53,294 bases of DNA, from positions 1-53,294 of the forward strand of contig JANXUO010000023.1 of NCBI GenBank assembly GCA_025356245.1. Reading direction: 5' to 3'. Positions 18,244 to 27,500 of the stretch are shown one piece after another (the stretch's first letter is position 1; the number at the start of each line of letters is the position of its first letter). The notes beneath the pieces are model-generated. The model saw only the letters and a program-made list of their open reading frames with translations. It made no database searches and had not been told where the DNA came from. Source of the stretch: Hymenobacter sp. (lineage in GTDB: Bacteria; Bacteroidota; Bacteroidia; Cytophagales; Hymenobacteraceae). The translations under genes were made by a program, and so were the position numbers.

Positions 18244-20142
18244 TTAAGTGCGGCTGCCGCTGAGCGTCGGCGGCTGCTGATTAGGGGCAATGGCAATGGC
18301 GGGCGGAGCCGGGCGCAGCAGCGCAGAAGCCGCCCCGGCAAACCCGCCACTGCGTCCGCCCACGTCCGCTGCGGAGCTGGCCACGGCCTGCTGCACGGTG
18401 GCCGCGGCGGGTGCCGCCGCCGAAGCGTTCATGTTCGGGGCCGCCGGCCCGGCCGAGGCCACGGTCTGGCCCCCGTTGGGGCCCGCCGAGGAGGCCACGT
18501 TCTGCGCGCTCATGGCCGAGCCGCCGGTGGCGTACTGGGAACTGGCGGCCGCTGCGCTTACGCTGGGCGTTGCGCCCTGGGGAGCCGATGAGCGCACCGC
18601 CGAAGTCTGCGCGGCTTCGGTGGCCGCACCCGCCATTTGGGGAGCTGCCTGGGAAAGTGCCTGGCCGCCACCGCCGCCGCCACCGCCGCCGCCAAAGGCC
18701 CCACGGGCAAAGGCCGCAACCTGACCGCCGGTGCCCGCCCCGGCCGCACTGGCGGCCCCGGCCGCCGACTTGCCAGCCGACACCGCCCCACTGACGGCCC
18801 CACCGGCAGCCCCGGCTGCGCCGGCCAGCGCGGGCGCGGCGGCGGCACCGCCCGAGGCCACGGAGGTGCCAACGCGCATGGCCGAGCCAACGAAGCTGTC
18901 GGCCGCCGAAGAGCCCACAATCAGGCTCGACATATAGGGCACCATGATGTACATGATGATGAACACGATGCAGGCCACGGCATACTTGGTTTGGGCGATG
19001 CCCGTCATGTTCATCAACGCGGCCGCGCCGCTGCTGGCGGAAAGGGCCGCCTCGTGGGCGGAGTAATAAACGAACACGCCGGCAATGATTTGAAAGGCAA
19101 TGCTCCACATATGAATGCCGATGAGCGATTGCAGCCAGGACTTGGCCACCCCTCCGAAGCCCGGGATGAAGGAAAAAGCAATGGCAATCGGACCCGACAC
19201 GTAGAGAAAGGCCAGCAAAAAAGACTGGATAAACTCCATGATTGCCTGGATGATGCTGGTCATGAAGTCGGTGGCCAGCCCCATGAGCAGCTTCTGGGGC
19301 GAGAGCGCCTGCTGCAAGGTGAGAAAGGAATCGCTGATGGAGCTGCCCAGCGAGGCGAGCAGGCTGCCCCCGTCCTGGGTGCCCGCGCCGGCCTGCCCGG
19401 GGTTGGGGGCCGTGGGACTGCCCCCGGCCGGCTGTTGGGCCTGGTCACGCATTTGCTTGAGCACGGTGTACGCGGAGGTCGAGCCGTTGCCCGCGTTCTG
19501 TTTTATCAGTTGGGCGACACCACCAATCAGGTTGCCGACCTGCGGCACGAGCACGTTGTAGCTCAGCAGGCCAATGTAGAGAAACATGACGCGGAAAATT
19601 GGCCCCAGCTCAAACTGCACCGAGCCCGAGCTGATGAAGCCGCGCACCACCGTCAGGGCAACGGTAGTAAAGAGCAGCAACGGGACCACCGTGGTCAGCA
19701 TGGTGTCGAGTACGCCCTGGGCCATCTGGTAGGCCCCGCTCGAAACGGCCTGGTTCAGGTTGCTGTTGCCGATGCTGCCGATGGCCGCCGTCGGGGCCGA
19801 CCACGTGCCGAGGTTATCCCGAAAGAAGGAGCCCCAGCCAAAGAAAATCACCAGCCCGCCCGCAAGCCACAAAAACGAGGAGAACGACTCCGGGCTGCCA
19901 CTGAGAAAGTTTTTGGCCACCTTGAGCAGGGCGATAATCAGGCCGATGGCCATCAGTGCCCGCAGGAACACCACGGCGAAAGTCTTGACCGTGTTCATGG
20001 TCGCCGCAGGTGTCGGACCCGATTGAGCAAAAGCCGGCGTCAGGGCCACCAGCAGCACCAGGCCGAGCAGCAACCCGCCCCGCAGCGCGGCGGAGCCAGC
20101 CAGCCGGGAGAAGAAGGGTGCGTAAATGGATTTAGGAAGCAT
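18244..20142 (-). CDS. traJ: TraJ (VirB6/TrbL-like) with N-terminal pilin-like domain and Ala/Gly-rich tail
   Basis: Polytopic membrane core with LYVSGPIAIAFSFIPGFGGVAKSWL..W. ATG at 20142. Confidence 0.8.
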   Translation of the reverse strand: MLPKSIYAPFFSRLAGSAALRGGLLLGLVLLVALTPAFAQSGPTPAATMNTVKTFAVVFLRALMAIGLIIALLKVAKNFLSGSPESFSSFLWLAGGLVIFFGWGSFFRDNLGTWSAPTAAIGSIGNSNLNQAVSSGAYQMAQGVLDTMLTTVVPLLLFTTVALTVVRGFISSGSVQFELGPIFRVMFLYIGLLSYNVLVPQVGNLIGGVAQLIKQNAGNGSTSAYTVLKQMRDQAQQPAGGSPTAPNPGQAGAGTQDGGSLLASLGSSISDSFLTLQQALSPQKLLMGLATDFMTSIIQAIMEFIQSFLLAFLYVSGPIAIAFSFIPGFGGVAKSWLQSLIGIHMWSIAFQIIAGVFVYYSAHEAALSASSGAAALMNMTGIAQTKYAVACIVFIIMYIMVPYMSSLIVGSSAADSFVGSAMRVGTSVASGGAAAAPALAGAAGAAGGAVSGAVSAGKSAAGAASAAGAGTGGQVAAFARGAFGGGGGGGGGGQALSQAAPQMAGAATEAAQTSAVRSSAPQGATPSVSAAAASSQYATGGSAMSAQNVASSAGPNGGQTVASAGPAAPNMNASAAAPAAATVQQAVASSAADVGGRSGGFAGAASALLRPAPPAIAIAPNQQPPTLSGSRT

Positions 20143-20206
20143 AAGACAAAAAGCGAAAAGGGGAAGGGCCGGCCGGTGCGACCGGCCCGTTGAACCTGGC
20201 AGGGGC

Positions 20207-22882
20207 TTAGCGGCCCGCTGCCTCCAGCACCTGCACGGGCTCTTTGCCGCCCGACTCCACGAAGGCATCGACAGCAAACTGGAGCCGCTGTTCGTAAACC
20301 GTTGTGTAGAGTGGCAGCCGCGTCACGGGGTCCAGCTTGGGCAGGCCCCGGTGGTCGAGCACGGGCTGCGGGCGGGCACGCTGGTAGTGGTTGATGAGCT
20401 TGTTGAGGTAGTTGCGCTCGTCGGGCCGCGAGGAGAGGATGGCGTTAAGTTGTGGGCTGGCTTCGAGGGCAAAAATGGTGGAAATCTGGCCCTGCTTGAT
20501 GAAAAACTCCCGAAAGTCGTTGCCGCTGCGGATGGAGCCGATGAGGGCCATGTCCTGCGGGGTGAAGCCCAACGGGTTTTGCAGCCGTTCGCGGGTGGAC
20601 TCCGAGCTGTGGCGCAGGATAATCTTCGTGGCCGAGTTGTCAATCAGCGCCAGTCCGATGGGCGAGTTCATAATCTCGGTAATGCCCTGGGTGATGATGC
20701 CAATGCTGCCCTTTGTCTTACGAATGGTGCGGTACATATTCTCGATGAAGTCCTGCAACGTGCCCGAGAGCATACTCCAGGCCTCGTCCATGAGAATGTA
20801 TTTCACGTCGTCCGGGAAACGTCGGAACAGGTCCAGCGACAGTTCAGTGATGAGCATGGCCACAACGGGGTAGAGCGTCGGGTCGCCCTTGACGCGGGCC
20901 ATGTCAAAGCAGATGAGCGGGTACTCGCTCAGGTCCACGTCGCGCTTGGCGTTGAGTACCTTTTCGTAGCGGCCGCCCTGGGCGTATTCGCCCACGACAA
21001 GGAAGAAATTGTCCATCTGCACGTACACGATGTCCTTGCGGTACTGCTCGCGCTCCACCACGAAGTCCAGGTCGCTGAGTTGAGCAGGGGTGAGCAATTC
21101 TTCCTTGCCGACCAGCAGGTAGTGGGCCTGCCGCACGAACTGAAAGAACGAGTCCATGCCCGGGAATTGCTCGTCGTGGTGACCCACCGAGTCCTGGTCG
21201 TTGAGGAAGGCGTAGTAATCGCGCAGGTAGCGGGCCAGCACCACGGTCTCGGCCTTGTCGAGGGACCCGCTGCCTTTCCAGAGGGTGCCCAGCAACGAAA
21301 GGTGAAACGTCACCTTTTCGTCGGGATAAACCCAGTGGTTGTTGGTGGGGTTGCGCGGCAGAAAGAAAGGGTTGAACTCAATCGGGTTCTGCGGGTCGTA
21401 CTCAAAATAAGTATTGATGAAATCGTTGCCCGTCAGGGCCTGGCACACGTTGCGGTAGGAGCCGCCCACGTCAATGATGATTTGGCGGGCCTTGTTCTCG
21501 AAACGCTGGATAATGAAATTACCCATCGTGTAGCTCTTGCCCGAGCCCGAGGGCCCGATGGTCAGGCTGTTCTGGTTGTCCTGCCCCATGTCAAAGAGGT
21601 TGACCCGTTTGAGGTTGCGGAAGCGGTCGCAGATGTACTCGCCGGTGCGGGTGCTGCGGTAGGATTGCGTCCAGTGGAAGTAGCAGGCCGCCCGGTCAGT
21701 GGTCGTGGGCAGCCAGCGGTCGGGCACCTGGTAGCCGTTGCCGGGCAGCGTACCGAAGAAGATGGGCAGCGTGAGCCAGCTCTCGACGGCGGCCTCCGAG
21801 GAGTAAAGCGAACGCAGGGCGGCGGAGGCCAGCTCGATGTTCTGCTTGCGGAGCTTGTCGGCCGTTTCCCACACCAGCACCGACACGTGCAGCAAACAAA
21901 GCTGCTTGCCTTCGGCCCGCACTTCGGCCGAAAACAGGTCAATCTCCGCCATGCGGATTTCGTTGTCCTGGGTGCCGAAACGGCTCAGGCCCGCGTTGAG
22001 GCGCTTGTCGAGGTCGAGGTCGGCCAGGGCCGTCTTGGTGTCCTGAATCTGAATGGACTGGGTGAAAATGTGGGGGACCAGCAGGAAGTTGGTGAGCGGG
22101 TACACCATCGGCGACACCACGCCGTAGGAGTTGGTCACGCAGGGGTGGACCTCCGAGCCCTGCCCCACCATGCTGATGCAGGACACTTTTTGTTCCCCCA
22201 CGGCAATCGTGCCGGTGTCGTTGAGGATTTCGCGCTCGTAGTGCAGCGGCTGCGAATCAAACTCCAGGTTCATGAACTGGAAGTAGAGCAGGCGAATCTG
22301 ATTTTCGTCCAGGCGGGTGAGCCGCACGTCGGGCAGTGACCGCAACGCCTCCATAAACTCGGAGGCGTAGCGCTCGGCTTCGGCCAACGAGGCCGACACG
22401 GACGCGAAAACACTTTTCGGCAGCGCGTCCTCGGCCTTGTTGATGAGCGCGTTAAGGCCCGAAGTCGGGCGCGGTGTTTTGAGCTTGGCGTTGGTATCGA
22501 GGGCACCGTTCTTTTTGGTCGGCAGCGGGGCAAACGAGAGAAAAATATAGCCGTCGTAGTAAAGCACCAGCCGGTTGCCGAAGTAGTCGCCCATCCGCTG
22601 GGTAAAATACTGTCCGGGGGCCGGCGGGTGAACGTAGGGGCGGTCGTAGTACACGTCGGTTTTCTGCACGACGCAGCCCACGGGCAGGTTTTTGAGAGCG
22701 GACTGGAAGCCCACCCAGGCCGAGGAAAAGCCGTCCGGGTCCCAGCGTTCCATTTCGGCGGCTTCGACCTTGAAGCCCACCGCCACGCGGCCGTCTTTGA
22801 AAATGACTTTGTTATCCTCGTAGGAATAAACCGGAAAAGCGTCGAGGAGGGAGGCCGTCTTGCCGGCTTTACTTTTTGACAT
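20207..22882 (-). CDS. traG: TraG conjugative ATPase (VirB4)
   Basis: GCVVQKTDVY, GPSGSGKS (Walker A), IDVGGSY, ILMDEAW (Walker B), RTIRK..GIITQ. Confidence 0.95.
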   Translation of the reverse strand: MSKSKAGKTASLLDAFPVYSYEDNKVIFKDGRVAVGFKVEAAEMERWDPDGFSSAWVGFQSALKNLPVGCVVQKTDVYYDRPYVHPPAPGQYFTQRMGDYFGNRLVLYYDGYIFLSFAPLPTKKNGALDTNAKLKTPRPTSGLNALINKAEDALPKSVFASVSASLAEAERYASEFMEALRSLPDVRLTRLDENQIRLLYFQFMNLEFDSQPLHYEREILNDTGTIAVGEQKVSCISMVGQGSEVHPCVTNSYGVVSPMVYPLTNFLLVPHIFTQSIQIQDTKTALADLDLDKRLNAGLSRFGTQDNEIRMAEIDLFSAEVRAEGKQLCLLHVSVLVWETADKLRKQNIELASAALRSLYSSEAAVESWLTLPIFFGTLPGNGYQVPDRWLPTTTDRAACYFHWTQSYRSTRTGEYICDRFRNLKRVNLFDMGQDNQNSLTIGPSGSGKSYTMGNFIIQRFENKARQIIIDVGGSYRNVCQALTGNDFINTYFEYDPQNPIEFNPFFLPRNPTNNHWVYPDEKVTFHLSLLGTLWKGSGSLDKAETVVLARYLRDYYAFLNDQDSVGHHDEQFPGMDSFFQFVRQAHYLLVGKEELLTPAQLSDLDFVVEREQYRKDIVYVQMDNFFLVVGEYAQGGRYEKVLNAKRDVDLSEYPLICFDMARVKGDPTLYPVVAMLITELSLDLFRRFPDDVKYILMDEAWSMLSGTLQDFIENMYRTIRKTKGSIGIITQGITEIMNSPIGLALIDNSATKIILRHSSESTRERLQNPLGFTPQDMALIGSIRSGNDFREFFIKQGQISTIFALEASPQLNAILSSRPDERNYLNKLINHYQRARPQPVLDHRGLPKLDPVTRLPLYTTVYEQRLQFAVDAFVESGGKEPVQVLEAAGR

Positions 22883-22926
22883 GGGGAAGGGGAATACTGG
22901 AATGGCAAATAAGACAGGCGGACTCG

Positions 22927-23268
22927 TTACTTCCGGGCGGCTTTCTGGGCGGCGGCCATCATTTTGGCTTTGGCCTGGGCCGTGCGGGGCAAGCCAATGC
23001 TCAGACGCTTGGGCTGGCGGATGTGGTAGCTGACAAAGCCCATTGCAAAGCCCGGCGGCCGGTGTTTGGCCAGGTACTTGAAGGTGAAAAACAGGCCCGC
23101 CGAGAGCAGGATGAGCAGCACGTATACTATCCAGTGAATGTCCAGCACCATGCCGAGCAGGCCCACGAGGATGGCCCCCACGACGACAAAGCCCATCACG
23201 AGAAACAAGTTGTTAATGTCGATTCCCAGCACCTGGGAGGGTTGTTCGATGCTTTTGTACGTGCGCAT
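22927..23268 (-). CDS. traF: TraF-like (VirB3-like) membrane protein
   Basis: YKSIEQPSQVLGI followed by two TM helices. Sits between traE and traG. Confidence 0.7.
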   Translation of the reverse strand: MRTYKSIEQPSQVLGIDINNLFLVMGFVVVGAILVGLLGMVLDIHWIVYVLLILLSAGLFFTFKYLAKHRPPGFAMGFVSYHIRQPKRLSIGLPRTAQAKAKMMAAAQKAARK

Positions 23269-23307
23269 ATAGACACAAGGTAAGGCGGGATTTTGAATTC
23301 AGCGAAC

Positions 23308-23345
23308 AAAAAAACGGGACGGCACTGCTGCCGTCCCGTTTTTTT
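23308..23345 (-). terminator. Strong intrinsic terminator between traE and traF
   Basis: AAAAAAACGGGACGGCA-CTGC-TGCCGTCCCGTTTTTTT. Confidence 0.85.
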
Positions 23346-23361
23346 CCGGCAATGAGACCGG

Positions 23362-23811
23362 CTATTGACCGAGCAAGCCGTCTGCCGTGCCGCCACCGGC
23401 CGCGCCGCTGCCCACGAGCGAGGTCTTCAGGGCCGAGAACCCGAAGAAGATGAGCACACCGCCCACCAGCCACATGAGCGAAGTCATGGCATCGGGCTCA
23501 CCGCCCATGAACTTCTTGGCCACCTTCACCAGGGCGATGACCAGGAACACGGCGAAAATGCCCTGGGCCACGGTGAAGACGAGCGACTTGAGGGAAGTCA
23601 CGGCCGCCTGGGTGGTGCTCACGCTCTGCGCCGTGGCCTGGTGGGCCACGGCCGCGCTCAGAAACAAGCCGCCGAAGATGCGCTGGTCCCACTTGCTCAT
23701 GCGAGCGGCGGGGGTCGAGAAAGAAGCGACACCGGCACCAACACGGCGGGCTACCGCGTCACTGATTTTTTGCCCCGTGCGGCGGGCCGCCGTGATAAAA
23801 GAACTTTTCAT
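23362..23811 (-). CDS. traE: TraE-like (VirB2/DUF4134) propilin
   Basis: Long leader ending ATA-Q, two hydrophobic helices flanking KVAKKFMGGEPD. First gene of the tra run; ATG at 23811. Confidence 0.75.
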   Translation of the reverse strand: MKSSFITAARRTGQKISDAVARRVGAGVASFSTPAARMSKWDQRIFGGLFLSAAVAHQATAQSVSTTQAAVTSLKSLVFTVAQGIFAVFLVIALVKVAKKFMGGEPDAMTSLMWLVGGVLIFFGFSALKTSLVGSGAAGGGTADGLLGQ

Positions 23812-23858
23812 GGAAAAGTGGGGGGGTGAAAAATGAAAAAAAAGAAATTTACTGACAC

Positions 23859-23876
23859 TGTGCGTATATACGCACA
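23859..23876. promoter_or_regulatory. Perfect 18-bp palindrome TGTGCGTATATACGCACA (best copy of a dispersed operator-like motif)
   Basis: Exact palindrome between the traE promoter and the traE start. Degenerate copies occur throughout the backbone. Confidence 0.8.
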
Positions 23877-23957
23877 TCAGGAGTCGTACCTGGCTACGCA
23901 CACGCAACCCTTTCGGGTTGTTGTAGATAAGCCGGTAAAAAAACCCTACGTCCTTCG

Positions 23958-23986
23958 CAAATATAAGCGGGTCCGGGGCTTTCCAA
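23958..23986 (-). promoter_or_regulatory. Bacteroidota housekeeping-sigma promoter for the tra operon
   Basis: Minus strand TATATTTG (TAnnTTTG, -7 box) at 23965-23958, with TTG about 18 nt upstream. Confidence 0.6.
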
Positions 23987-24024
23987 CGATTTGCCAAAAA
24001 ATATTTTTCGGCGGGCTCTGGGCT

Positions 24025-24321
24025 CTAGCGGGGCGGCACCGGCCGGGCTTCGGCCGGGTGGAGCCGGACGTACACCTCCAGCAGGTGTTCCTCTTCCGGC
24101 GTGGGCCGGGCCATGTTGCGCGTCAGGTAGTACTGCCGCGGAGGCAAAGAGCGGTGATTCTGGCCTTTTTTGGGTGGCTTCAACCCGGCAAGCCGCTGGA
24201 GCTGGGCGGCCTTTTGTGCCTCTCTACGCACTTTGACCAGGAAAGCCAGCGCCGCCAGGGTAAAAAAGCAGACCAGCATGAGGGGAACCACAAACTGATT
24301 GAAGGTAAGGGCAAAGGGCAT
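24025..24321 (-). CDS. Small hypothetical single-TM protein
   Basis: ATG at 24321, hydrophobic N-terminus and basic C-terminus. A TAGGTTTG box lies upstream (24383-24376). Confidence 0.55.
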   Translation of the reverse strand: MPFALTFNQFVVPLMLVCFFTLAALAFLVKVRREAQKAAQLQRLAGLKPPKKGQNHRSLPPRQYYLTRNMARPTPEEEHLLEVYVRLHPAEARPVPPR

Positions 24322-24550
24322 GGGCGACGGATTGAAGAGAACAGGGCAAAGGCGGGGTACACGCACCCGGTTTTACAAACCTACGTGTTTATGTACACAC
24401 AAGCAATGACCCAGGCAAAAGCTGCCCTTATATTGGGTACGACCTAGGGTTTTCCGGCCCCGAATCAGGCCAGTCTACGCTCGGCCCGGTGCCTATGTAG
24501 TCACTTCCCCACTGCCTTTTCTTTTTCCTGATTTTCTTTCCCCCGTACCG

Positions 24551-27500
24551 ATGACTAAAATTGACCGTTTCCGCTCCCCCGAGGAAGTGGAACGCCTGGC
24601 CGACCTGAAACGTGGCGTAAACCTGGTGGCCCTGGCCACCGAACGCTACGGGCTGACCATAACCGAAAAATCGCGCGACGAAAGCGCCTACACCCTGGAA
24701 AACAAGGCCCAGGGAGAGCGCATCACCGTGAAAGTAGGCCCCGAAGGCTACCACATCTACAACAACCACAACAACGACCGCGACAAAGGGTCGGTAGTCG
24801 ACTTCTTGCAGCAGCGCCACCCGGAGCGCAACCTGGGCCAGGTCAAGGGAATGCTCCAGGAGATGGTGCCCGGCGCGAAGCAGGCCCTGGACTACGAGAA
24901 GTTCCAGGCCCAGCAGGTACGAAAGGCCCCGAGCGCGGCCGATGCCCGCTACGAGGCCCTGCCGGCCGCCGAGCGCCGCGCCGCGATGGTGCGCGAAACG
25001 ATGGGCCCGAACCCGCAGCTCACCGACGCTTCCTATCTGCTGGAACGGGGCCTGAGCAAGGAAACTGTCAGCGACCCGGCCTTCAAAGGCCGGGTTTTCA
25101 CCGACCAGCACTCCGAGCGCCAGGAGCGCCTGGGCCAGGCCCAGCGCAACGTGGGCTTCCCCTTCTATAATGAGAAGGGTGTCCAGAGCTGGGAGCTGCG
25201 CAACCGCGCCCCCGAAGGCGAAACCGACTCGTTCAAAATGATGATGAAGGCTCCCGGTGACGAGTTCGGGGCCAAAAACGGGGTTTGGAGCAGCAACCTG
25301 CTCGCTGGCCGGGGCAGCCAGCCCGAGCGCATGGTCATCGGCGAGTCGCCCATCGACATGATGAGCAAGTACCAGACCGAGCGGGCCGCTGCCACCGAGG
25401 CCGGCCAGGACTTGCCCAATACGCGCTACGTGGCCACCGGCGGCACCCCATCCATTGAGCAGAAGGCCATCATCCAGGCCATCATCGACCGCGAGCAGCC
25501 CAGGCAGGTAATTCTGTCCAACGACAACGACGCGGCCGGGCAGGCTTTCAACGTCCGTTACCTGAACGATTTGCGCCCCCCCGTGGCGGGCCTGAGCCCC
25601 GAGCAGCAGCAGGAAGCCGCCGCCGCCCGCGAACGCACCACCTGGATTGCCGGCGACAACGGCAAAAAAGGGGAAGAGAAGCTCTTGACCATGACCATTT
25701 CGTTTCAGCACGGCAACGCCAAGGAAGGCCGCGACGCGGTGGAGAGCCTGCGCACCCAGGCTGAAATGCGCGGGTTGCCCGCCGAGGAGCCCACTGCGTC
25801 CGGCACGGCGGGTTTGCAAATGCGCCGCAACGCCCCCGAGGTAACGGAGGTGGTGCTGCGCGTGGCCCCGGAGCAGGCCGCCGCCGTGGTAGACCTGGCC
25901 CGGGAGCTTCGCCGCGAGCGTGAGCAGGCCATGCCCGAGGCGGCCCGCACCCCCGAAAACTACTTCGTAGTGGAAAAGGCCACTGGTAAAGACTACAACC
26001 AGGACATTCTGCAAGGCCGGGCAGGTGCCCAATTGGATGCACAGCGCCGCGAAGCCGGTTTTGTGGCAGCGCCGGAAATGGCTCCCGCAGTTGCACCGGT
26101 AGTAGCGGCTGCGCCGGTAACAGGGCCTGCCCCTGTCGTAGTGGCCACCGAACAGTACGCGCCCAGCCCGCAGGTTGCTGCCCGGCAGATTGCCGCAGAT
26201 ATCGACAACAGCGGCTCGACCAGTGCTGAGGAAATTTTGCGGGCCGACCGCAACCGCGACGGCTTGGTTTCGGGCTCCGAACTCGATGCCGCCCGCTTCG
26301 ATGCCCGCCAGAACCGTGAGCGGCCAGGTGAGCAGCCAAGTGAGCAAAAAGTAAGCGGGCCAGTTGCCGCTGACATTAACCTGAATGGTTCGACTTCGCA
26401 GGCCGAGATACTTCGCGCCGGTGCCAACCGTGACGGCGTAGTAACCGACACGGAACTGGCGACCGCCCGCTTTGAAAGCAATCAGGCCAACGAGCGCAGC
26501 ACGGCAGATGCCGGGGGGCAAACCGAAGCCGAACGGCAAGCCGGAATCCGCCGCCGTTACGAGGAGCAGCGCCAGCAGCAAGCGGCGGAGCAGGAGCCGC
26601 AAGCCACCGCCCGCGACACCAGCGGCCCGCTGCGGTCGGCAGCCATCATCATTTTTGAGGCCGAGGGCCTGCCCGCCGGCACACTGACCGCCGGCAGTAC
26701 CACCCTGGTTACCCTGGCCGATAAGATGAAGGAAGCCATTGAGGGCCAGGGCAGCGAAGTTAACTTGCAGCCGGGCCGGGACAAAAGCACGGACCAGCCC
26801 TACTCCATGTTGTCCTTCACCTACCACGAGGGCAGCGCCGAACACGGCAGGATTCAGGAATCGCTGCGCGATGCCCAGACCCAGGGCCCAACCAAATATT
26901 TTGGCATCGAGCCGGGCGTAGAAACCCAGCGCGAAACGGCACCCATCACCCGCACCGTGGCCCTGACGGAGCAGCCGCTGGCCATTGCCCTGGATGCCCC
27001 GAACCCCTTGCTGGAGAGCCAACTGCGGGCCACCGGCGCAACCGTTTCCAACGAGCCGGTGCAGGACCGCCCAGGTCTGGTCGTCGTCGTGGACACTAAC
27101 AAGGGCGAGCAGTTGGCCAGCGTCGAGCAGACGCTCAGCAAGCTGCCCGCCGCCGCCGTGGTAGTTGAAGGCCCCGAGGCCACCGAAGTGCGCCAGCAGC
27201 TGACCCTTGCATTCCGCGAGCAGGGCGGAATGGCCCCGGCCCTCCAGGCCGAAGCCCTGCTGCCCGGTCGCATCCGGGACGACGTGCCCGAGCGCCTGCG
27301 TGAAGCCGGGGCCACGGTGGTCCCGGCCAACCCCGCTACCCGCCTGGAAGCGGGCGAGGGCGCGCTCAGCGTGCGCTACCCGCTTGAACAGCCCCAGGTA
27401 CTGGGCCGCGTGAGCGTGGTGCTGGACGAGGTAAACAACCGCAGCGCCCAAGTAGCCGCCGACCTGGGCCAGGTCCCCAACGCCAGCACCGGCAGCGTCG

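Noticed and set aside
18244-18900. Ala/Gly/Ser-rich tail of TraJ as a novelty
   Set aside because: Such tails are known in TrbL/VirB6-type proteins.
20126-22339. 737-aa plus-strand ORF
   Set aside because: Antisense shadow of traG.
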